The notes below the pieces were generated by a model. That model saw only the letters and a list, made by a program, of their open reading frames with translations, had not been told where the DNA came from and searched no databases. This document shows positions 62,726-64,000 of a DNA stretch of 64,000 bases, piece by piece. Location: assembly GCF_036321535.1 (NCBI RefSeq), contig NC_087437.1, positions 105,278,001 through 105,342,000 on the forward strand, in the 5' to 3' direction. Source of the stretch: Camelus dromedarius. Taxonomy: Eukaryota. Numbering within the stretch: position 1 is the first letter of the stretch; each line of letters starts with the position of its first letter. The position numbers were made by a program, and so were the translations under genes.

Positions 62726-64000
62726 AAGAAAGAGTCAGAGATTGCTCCCCTGACTGATGTTTGTCAGTAGATCCAGAGGCAAGACGAGCTGAAGTTTCTG
62801 TATCGATGTGTGCTCCTCAAACCAAAACTGATGTCAGTGGCCAGCTCGATTCTCAGGACCACGGGCTGTAAGAAGTTTGTGCCTACCTTCTAGATATAAT
62901 GATCTCCATTCAGAACCCAAACCCCCACTACTCTTCAATTTGCCTGTGTCAAACACTGGGTGCTAATATTTTCCAACATTTTTTTTCTACTTTTTCTCAT
63001 ATTTAATTCAGTAAAGGTCAAGGGCTGACAAAGTTTAATAAGTTATACAATAGACATTTCAAGATAAATAGCACCTGAAAATAAGAGTTCCAGCTTGTGT
63101 TTGTCACTAAAGATTTGGTTGAAATGTACAGATTTTAAAAAAGAAGGTGATAGCTCAGATATGATGGAAGGAAATGATGCTTTTAGCTCCTTCTTGTATC
63201 CCCCCCCCCCCAGGACGAAATCTGTAACTTTACATTTCTTACTACTTCAAGAGTGTTGGAAATGTGATTATTAAAACTAAACTATTTTAACTCTGTGCCT
63301 TCAGCATTTTTTCCTACCTTCTCCAACATAAAAGCAATCTTATGTATCTTTAGAAATACACAATTACAGAGCATGCACATAAATAGATCATTATCATTTT
63401 GTGGAGCATGAGGTCACTGATCTCTCCAGAAACTTCACCGGTGAGATTTTTTTTCCCCTTGAGGTTTTGGGGATGAGAGATCCAGCCTGCTGTGTTACCT
63501 ATCCCAGTGACTGAAATAACAGCAATTATAAAGAAGTTATAGTAAATAAGCTCTTTAGCATAGAGACATTCTCCCAAATCTAAGTTTCCATTGTAAAGAT
63601 TAAAGATGGTTCCTTCTAGATTCATTGCTTCAAAGAACTGTAGTAATTAAGTCAATTAAGTTTATGTTCTCTTTATTCTAAAAATAAACACTGGCTATGT
63701 GATATACTAATGGAATAACTGTCTAAGAACGGTTTGTTGGTACAATGCAATTCATTTTGGTTATTAAATTTCAGAATTGAAGCTATTTATGATTCTTACC
63801 AAAATGAAATTTGACTTATTCTTGCTGTCAGCATGGCTTGTGCACCCAGGGCCAAGTGGTCAGAATAACTTAATATTTTTTAAATGAATAATTATATATT
63901 TCTCATCTTGTATTTTCAAGTTTTTAATTTTATTTACTATCAGTTTCCAAATGGCTGATTTAACCATGTATTCTTCCTATTGTAAATTATATTTCACACA

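Noticed and set aside
63350..63625. 91-aa minus-strand ORF, and a possible plus-strand donor ccg|GTGAGA near 63440
   Set aside because: No recognisable protein similarity and no convincing paired acceptor; cannot support an exon.

Overview
AT-rich, CpG-poor mammalian genomic DNA, either intergenic or deep intronic. It is most likely camelid (camel, alpaca or llama), because it carries five copies of a tRNA-Ala-like SINE of the Vic-1 type. I found no intact protein-coding gene or credible coding exon; nearly all listed ORFs are chance ORFs or repeat-derived. The main host-derived feature is a full-length, disabled processed pseudogene of mitochondrial ribosomal protein L1 (MRPL1) on the minus strand (~2490-4196). 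It has a 15-bp target-site duplication and an ERV solo LTR inserted antisense into its 3' UTR. The second large structure is a decayed class III (ERV-L-like) provirus (~9666-13610) with readable protease, RT, RNase H and integrase remnants, nested in an old L1 and itself interrupted by a MER21 LTR. The rest is a typical eutherian repeat landscape: L1, L2, MIR, MaLR/MLT, solo ERV LTRs including a MER41-like LTR, hAT and Tigger MITEs, and microsatellites. Repeat family names and the MRPL1 match come from recalled consensus or protein sequences, not from database searches, and repeat boundaries are approximate. I see no convincing evidence of a new biological system. The best leads are regulatory hypotheses, labelled as inference.
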